Shown piece by piece: positions 32,776 through 39,463 of a stretch of DNA of 39,463 nucleotides. Within the stretch, counting starts at the first letter, position 1. The number at the start of each line of letters is the position of its first letter. This stretch comes from Octopus sinensis (taxonomy: Eukaryota), in NCBI RefSeq assembly GCF_006345805.1, contig NW_021835687.1:1-39463 (forward strand). The letters are read 5' to 3'. The position numbers and the translations under genes were made by a program. Below the pieces are notes generated by a model. That model made no database searches, was not told where the DNA came from, and was given only the letters and a program-made list of their open reading frames with translations.

Positions 32776-33294
32776 ATATTTGTACACCAATCCAAATGAT
32801 AGAAATCCAATAGTGGCAGTGTAATGTTTCAATTCAGTCCCCAAAATGTTTCCACGCTCGTTTTGTTTTGGCGATGAAGGTTTTTCAGAAGGATGTGCGT
32901 AAAAAACATTTTTCATTGAACCCCTAAAAAAATTTTCATGAGGTGCACCTGCAATCTCTGCACCCAAACCCACTGTTCTCGAACCTATGTCTCATAGCTC
33001 GAACCTGTTGAAAACTCTGAGTTCCCTTGATGTAGGCCTTCCCCTTCCTTTGCATACTCTTTGTTCAGCAACCTCTTCTAGTAACACTTCCACACCTCTT
33101 TCTTCTCAGAGTCTGTAAAGACGTGTGTGTTATTGTTATTCTTAAACACTTTCTCTCGACAATGTCTTCGTGTTCACTGACACATTGCTTTACAATCCAG
33201 AATATTTCAAACCTTTGGCTCTCATAATGCAAAAATATTGGCAAGTCTTTTGTCCTCAGTTTCTCTGCTTGCTATGGGTATGTGTACGTGTGTA

Positions 33295-33730
33295 GGCGAG
33301 CTGGCAGAAACGTTAGCACACCGGGCGAAATGCTTTGCGGTATTTCGTCTGCCGTTACGTTCTGAGTTCAAATTCCACCGAGGTCGACTTTGCCATTCAT
33401 CCTTTCGGGATCGATAAATTAAGTACCAGTTACACACTGGGGTCGTTGTAATCGACTGGTCCCCTCCCCCAAAATTTCCGATCTTGTGCCTAGAGTAGAA
33501 AAGGATATTTTTTGAACCAGGAAGATGGCAAACGGCCAGAAACGTTAGCGGTATTTCGTCTACTGCTACGTTCTGAGTTCAAATTCCGTCGAGGTCGACT
33601 TTGCCTTTCATCCTTTCGGGGTCGATTAAATAAGTACCAGTTACGCCATGGGGTCGATGTAATTGACTTAATACCTATGTCTGCCCTTGCTTGTCCTCTC
33701 TGTGTTTAGCCCCTTGTGGGTAGTAAAGAA
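33295..33730 (+). mobile_element. Two SINE type B units
   Basis: GGCGAGCTGGCAGAAACGTTAGCAC at about 33296, and a second unit from about 33535. Confidence 0.85.
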
Positions 33731-34031
33731 ATGTATGTGTGTATATGTATGTGTGTATATGTATGTGTGTATATTTATTGTGTGTGTGTGTGTGCGTGTG
33801 TACTGAAGCGTTAAACTTATACCATATTTGTAAAAACTTTGTACTTCCTGTGTCGGTATTCTTTGTTTATCGTCTTTACATTTCACCTACATACGTATGG
33901 TGTGTGTGTGTGAGTGTGTGTGTGTTGTGTGTGTATGCGTTTATTTGTCTATCTATCTATTTATCTATCTTTCTTTTTTACTTTCTTTCTTTCTATCTGT
34001 CTGCCTATCTATATCATCATCATCATCATCG

Positions 34032-34064
<33 letters not shown>

Positions 34065-34167
34065 CATTTAGCATCTGTTTTCGTTGCTGGAATATACACA
34101 CTCACATATATATATATATCTGTGTATATATGTTGTGTATGTGTGCATGTGTGTATATATATATATA

Positions 34168-34316
34168 TACGTACGTGCATAGCCATACATATACAGATAT
34201 ATATCTGTATGTATATATGTGCATACAGATATATCTATAGCATATACATACATTCATATATATATATATATGTGTGGGTGTGTGTGTGTGTGTTTGTTTG
34301 TGTGTGCATATGTATG

Positions 34317-34370
<54 letters not shown>

Positions 34371-34426
34371 TATATTATATCTAATATATATAATATATAC
34401 ATACATACATATGCACACACAAACAA

Positions 34427-34460
<34 letters not shown>

Positions 34461-34547
34461 GTATGTATGTATATGCATAGATATATCTGTATGCACATAT
34501 ATACATACAGATATATATCTGTATATGTATGGCTATGCACGTACGTA
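34168..34547. repeat. About 380-bp low-complexity palindrome centred on (TA)n
   Basis: TACGTACGTGCATAGCCATACATATACAGATATATATCTG... (from 34168) is mirrored by ...CAGATATATATCTGTATATGTATGGCTATGCACGTACGTA (to 34547). Confidence 0.9.
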
Positions 34548-34984
34548 CACACACACACACATTACTTCTTTTGCTGATTCAATGCCGAACGCTGTCTTCT
34601 AATTAAACTTACTAAATTAACGCTCTGACACACATGCTGATGTCCCACCTACCTCTTCCACCTCTGACTCCAAGTTTGCCAAAATTCTGCATCAGTCACT
34701 CTGATGTCTCTATAAAGCAAACACTCCTGCTGATAAAGCCTCTGTGTTTCACAACAACCTGCTCTGCTCTCAACCTTGTACTGCATTGCACACACAAAAT
34801 ACACTCCCGTAAGCTATCCACCCCCTTCTCTTATCATACCATACCATCATGTACGCAGCTATCCCAGAGCAAATATTTTTCTGATAGCTCTCACCCAATG
34901 GTTCGTAACTGTGGTTCATATGGCCCTTGGGAGTCCATATAAAATTTCCGTTAAAATTTATGTGCAAGAAAGTGGTTATACCTC

Positions 34985-35145
34985 TTGCAGGTGTGGCTGT
35001 GTGGTAAGAAGTTAGCTTTCCAGCCACAATGGTTCTGGGTTCAGTCCCACTGCGTGGCACCTTGGTCAAATGTCTCCTGTTGTAGTCTCAGGCTGACCAA
35101 AGCCTTGTGAATGGATTTGGTAAACTGAAACTGAAGAGAAACCTG

Positions 35146-35188
<43 letters not shown>

Positions 35189-35407
35189 ATCGCAAACATG
35201 AAAACACAAGAGAAAACACAACAACGCGAGGACGCGGAACAAATATAGTATTATTGGACGCTCGGGAAGGAAGGAAAGGAGGGTTTAACGTTTTGAGCGG
35301 AGCTCTTCGTCGGAAACACAGGAGAAGTAAAGATCCAGAGAAGGGAAGACAGAGGGGAAAAAATGCCAACGGTACACACGCGGTCACATATATATATATA
35401 TTACTAT

Positions 35408-35446
<39 letters not shown>

Positions 35447-35452
35447 CACACA

Positions 35453-35528
<76 letters not shown>

Positions 35529-35541
35529 CATATATATATAT

Positions 35542-35582
<41 letters not shown>

Positions 35583-35810
35583 ATATATATATTGATATAT
35601 ATATATAACTATATATATATATATATATATATAATTATATATATAATATATATCTATATTATATATATATTATATAATATACACATATACATACATAAAT
35701 ATTTATTGTGTGTGTGTCTGTCTGTCTGTGTTTGTTTTCTTGCTATCACTTGACAACTGACGGTGGTGTGTTTATGTCCTGGTAACTTAGCAGCTCAGCA
35801 AAAGACACTA
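34985..35810 (+). mobile_element. Type-A SINE split by long (TA)n tracts and a Penelope-like fragment (35185-35385, minus strand)
   Basis: Head 34985-35150 and 3'-half remnant 35700-35810. Confidence 0.7.
35283..35317 (-). ncRNA. Minimal type-I hammerhead-like motif (U4C, G12A)
   Basis: Minus strand GUUU / CCGACGA / A / GAGC-UCC-GCUC / AAAAC / GUU^ / AAAC. Confidence 0.5.
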
Positions 35811-36140
35811 TATGTATGCCTGCATACATATATACGCACATACATATATACACACATATGTACATACATACTTCTGCACATACATACACACATGCATGCA
35901 TACATATATACATGCATACATGTATACATACATACATACATACATACATACATGCATGCATGCATACTAACATACATTCAGACACACATGTATACATGCA
36001 TACATGCATGCATGCATACCTACATACATATATACATACATACATACATGCATGCATACATACATGCATACATACATACATGCATACATATATGCATATA
36101 TGCATACATACACACATACATACACACATGCATACACACC
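35810..36140. repeat. (CATA/CATG)n microsatellite
   Basis: Direct reading. Confidence 0.9.
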
Positions 36141-36619
36141 ATACACCTCTCAACCTATTACTCTTCTATTCTGATTCTTTCTCTCCTCTCCACTACCAAA
36201 CCCTTTCTTTTCTTTTCCCAGTATGATGATACTCTAGTCTTGCCATTTCTAAGAGTTGAGCCACATAAAAAATATAAACACATTTTATACACCATAAAGC
36301 AGTCGGAAGGGCATTAAAACTACATAAAAACTGAAATATTTTAGCACAGTGTTCTCCTGAGACCCTGTCAAACTGACCAATGAACCAACCTATGCTATCA
36401 TCATCATCATTGAAGTTATGGCTTTAAAGCTGCCCACAGTTACCTCACTTCAGTATTTCCCATTGATGAAGGCTAAAGAGCCTGGGAATCTGATAGAGGG
36501 CAGCACTGGGCAGGTACAGTGTTTTTACACCTTTTACCATAAAAGAGAATTTTTCTCAACAGTAACTGTAGTAAATTTGCCTTTAAAAGTTGAAATATAT
36601 CACAAAAATATTCATCCAA

Positions 36620-37035
36620 CTGGCGCAGGAGTGGCTGTGTGGTAAGTAGCTTGCTAACCAGCCACATGGTTCCGGGTTCAGTCCCACTGCGTGGCATCTT
36701 GGGCAAGTGTCTTTTGCTATAGCCTCAGGCCAACCAAAGCCTTGTGAGTGGATTTGGTAGACAGAAACTGAAAGAAGCCTGTCGTATATATGTATATACA
36801 TATATATGTGTGTGTATGTGTTTGTGTGTCTGTGTTTGTCCCCTTAGCATTGCTTGACAACCGATGCTGGTGTGTTTATGTCCCCGTAACCTAGTGGTTC
36901 GGCAAAAGAGACCGATAGAATAAGTACTGGACTTACAAAGAATAAGTCCCGGTGTCGATTTGCACGACTAAAAGGCGGTGCTCCAGCATGACCACAGTCA
37001 AATGACTGAAACAAGTAAAAGAAAAGTAAAAGATA
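36620..37035 (+). mobile_element. Type-A SINE, full length
   Basis: GGCGCAGGAGTGGCTGTGTGG through to GGCGGTGCTCCAGCATGACC...GTAAAAGA. Confidence 0.9.
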
Positions 37036-37318
37036 AAAGAAATGATCAACAGGGATCTTTATCCTTTGTGTGTGTGTATCATTATCATCAGCACCGTTTA
37101 ACATTCACTTTCCATGCTGACACATACATATTCAGCAGTATCAGTACCAAGCAGTGATTAGGCATACGTGAACTTTAGACTAGTTGAAATGTGGGTGGTC
37201 TAGTAGCGCAATTATTGTAACTAAACTAAAGTCCACTTATGTATGGTGATGATGATGATGATACATGCATATGGACACACACACACACACATGTTTAACA
37301 ACAGTTTGAATCAGTTCC

Positions 37319-37370
37319 ATATGACTTAGAGTTTCATGGGAACACAGAAGACGCCCGTCTCATCAGATAT
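37319..37370 (-). ncRNA. Type-I hammerhead-like motif, left member of a head-to-head pair
   Basis: Minus strand AUAU / CUGAUGA / G-ACGGG...CCCAU / GAAAC-U-CUA-A-GUC^ / AUAU. Confidence 0.65.
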
Positions 37371-37384
37371 TAGAAGACTCTTCT

Positions 37385-37445
37385 AAAATCTGATGAGATG
37401 GGCATACTGTATACGTCCATGAAACTCTGGAGCTGAGTCAAACTG
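37385..37445 (+). ncRNA. Type-I hammerhead-like motif, right member of the pair (stem I decayed)
   Basis: CUGAUGA (37390-37396) / G-AUGGGC...GUCCAU / GAAAC-UC-UGGAGCU-GA-GUC^ (C37439). Only one stem-I pair. Confidence 0.55.
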
Positions 37446-37623
37446 TAATTAAAAACAAGTGTAGCTCCTACCAAATGGTGTTGGGTGCCATTTTCTTTCA
37501 TTTGTCCAATTGTATATGTGTGTGTGTGTGTGTGTGTGTATGCGTGTGTGTGTGTGTGTGTTATTATCCAAAGTGTAGAGTATTATATATCCATCATGAC
37601 TGATCTTATCAGTTGGTTTTGCA

Positions 37624-37711
37624 CCACCTCTGATGAGTGTTGGGTTACATAATCAGATAGTTACCTAACACTCCATTGAATCCGTAACACGAAACTGATT
37701 AGTAACATTGG
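37624..37711 (+). ncRNA. Type-I hammerhead-like motif with intact core and long stem II
   Basis: CUGAUGA (37630-37636) / GUGUU...AACAC / GAAAC-U-GAUU-A-GUA^ / ACAUUGG. Stem I is weak locally. Confidence 0.65.
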
Positions 37712-38558
37712 CCATAATATATATTCAATACTATAAACTTTGGATAATATACACTCTCTATTGACAGATATACAAGTGCATTTTTTCCTGACTAATGCAC
37801 TCTTAGATAACTTACACACACACACATACATAAGTGGACTTTAGTTTAGTTACAATATTTTTGTGATATATTTCAACTTTTAAAGGCAAATTTACTACAG
37901 TTACTGTTGAGAAAAATTCTCTTTTATGGTAAAAGGTGTAAAAACACTGTATCGGCCCAGTGTTGCCCTCTATCAGGTTCCCAGGCTCTTTAGCCTTCCT
38001 CAATGGGAAATACTGAAGTGAGGTAACTGTGAGCAGCTTTAAAGCCATAACTTCGACTAAAAGCAGTCAACAACTTTGGCTGAGTTGCGCTACTAGACCA
38101 CCCACATTTCAACTAGTCTAAAGTTCACTTATGCCTAATCAGTGCTTGGTACTGATACTGTTGGATATGTATGTGTCAGCATAGAAGGTGGATGTTAAAC
38201 ACACACACATACACAAAGGATAAAGATCCCCATTGATCATGAATGACCATGGCATTATTGCACCTAGAAAGTTACCCTCTGAGGCATAAGTCCAGGAAAG
38301 GTTGTTTGTGGAAGACCAGCAGTTGCCGATGGATACCAGCCTCCCATCTCCATGCCACCGATGTTGTCCAAGAGAAAGGCAAAGGCTGATACAGCTTGGC
38401 ACCAGTGGTATTACATCTCATTTCTACTGCTGAGTGACCACCTGGAGCAACATAAAATAAAGTGTCTTGCTCAAGAACACAACACAACCTGGTCCGGGAA
38501 TGGAACTTGTTATCTCATGTTTGTGAGCAAAATGCTCTAACCACTGAGCCATGCACTT

Positions 38559-38603
<45 letters not shown>

Positions 38604-38611
38604 AATATATA

Positions 38612-39177
38612 CTGGGTTGTCTGGAAAGTTCCTGCCGATTTATAGTAGCTTACCTTTCAGCTTATTTTAGAACATGGTTGAGTCCATAAAATAGGATTTG
38701 ACTACACCTCCATTTAGAGCACAGTTTAAGCTATCTTTTCATGGAAGAAGGTTTATGTTCCTATAACCTGTGTTAATTCTGTAACCCTTTAAAATAGAAG
38801 ATAAAAAAGTTCATATTTGGTACTTAATGCTTTGGGAACTGGACAAAAATTGCTGCAGCTCAGCTGGGATATGTTACCCCACCCTCCATATTTACCAGAT
38901 ATTACTCCTATGGATTTCCACTTATTCAGGTCTCTGCAGAATAGTCTTAAGGGTAAAAATTTCAATTCCTTGGATGACATAAAAAGATACCTTGATGTAT
39001 TCTTTGCCATGAAACCACCTCAATTCTGGGAAGAGGGTATTTTCGAATTAAAGGAAAGATGGAGATGCATTGTGCAACAAAATGGTTCATATCTGGTTGA
39101 TTAAAAATGTAATGGCAAGTATTTATTGACCTTTTCCTTTCCTTTAAAAATCAGCACAAACTTCCCGGACAACCCAA
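38612..39177 (+). mobile_element. Internally deleted mariner (DD34D) element with both TIRs and TA TSD
   Basis: TA|CTGGGTTGTCTGGAAAGTTCCTGCCGATTT ... AAATCAGCACAAACTTCCCGGACAACCCAA|TA. Encodes WDMLPHPPYLPDITPMDFHLFRSLQNSLKGKNF...GIFELKERWRCIVQQNGSY (HPPYSPDLAPSD motif). Confidence 0.95.
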
Positions 39178-39463
39178 TATATATATATTTATATATATGT
39201 ATATACCATGGGATGTAGCCAGTCCACTTATGCATACCTTCCCTTGGGACACAAAACTCTACTTGTGAAGACCTGTTGAAGCAAGTGAGAATCAGAATTG
39301 AAATCGATCAATGGAAATTGCAGGTGAGATACCAGTGCTGGTGGAACGTAAGAGAACCATCCGAACGTGGCTGTTGCCAGCGTCGCCCCGACTGGCCTCG
39401 TGCCGGTGGCACATAAAAAGCACCATCCATTTGTGGCCGTTGCCAGCGTCGTCTGGCCTCCGT

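Larger units (their letters stand above)
36414..38240. repeat. Local inverted duplication with rearranged segments
   Basis: 36414-36612 matches the reverse complement of about 37857-38055. About 37045-37210 matches about 38085-38240, and about 37210-37245 matches about 37825-37855. Confidence 0.85.

Noticed and set aside
34600-34960. Possible very old LINE ORF2 remnant
   Set aside because: Only vague resemblance, with many stops; not supportable without a profile search.
36418-38048. Near-identical 75-78-aa ORFs (MALKL.TVTSLQYFP...) on opposite strands as a duplicated small gene
   Set aside because: They are a by-product of the inverted duplication; their ends differ by running into unrelated sequence, and no domain is recognised. 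The exon-like AG/GT segment on the other strand has stops in all frames.

Overview
AT-rich, microsatellite-dense metazoan DNA. The SINE, LINE and microsatellite repertoire looks like an octopus (coleoid cephalopod) genome; this is an inference from recalled repeat families, not a database match. There is no complete protein-coding gene, and almost all ORFs in the supplied track are artefacts of (TA)n, (CA)n, (AGAT)n or triplet repeats, or of SINEs. Supportable content: (1) many tRNA-derived SINE copies of at least four types (my labels A, B, D, E); (2) decayed CR1/L2-group and RTE LINE pieces, one a young RTE stub with a 12-bp TSD; (3) Tc1 and mariner transposase relics, the mariner with both TIRs and TA TSDs; (4) hAT, piggyBac, Helitron and other non-autonomous DNA elements; (5) a few small, weakly supported candidate exons of an unidentified minus-strand host gene. 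The most interesting layer is not on the ORF track. The window holds about nine hammerhead-ribozyme-like motifs of several families, read by eye. They include a full type-I core at 19475-19566 (-), a head-to-head mutually antisense pair at 37319-37445, and a core inside a rod-like fold at 37563-37748. Two composite SINE copies carry only the 'substrate half' of the 19.5-kb ribozyme. There is also a LINE whose 3' end matches the tail of the commonest SINE, a five-fold tandem SINE-head array in which only the first head keeps its A box, and many local fold-back duplications. All coordinates were counted by hand; repeat boundaries given as round numbers are approximate. No ribozyme activity or expression can be shown from sequence alone.
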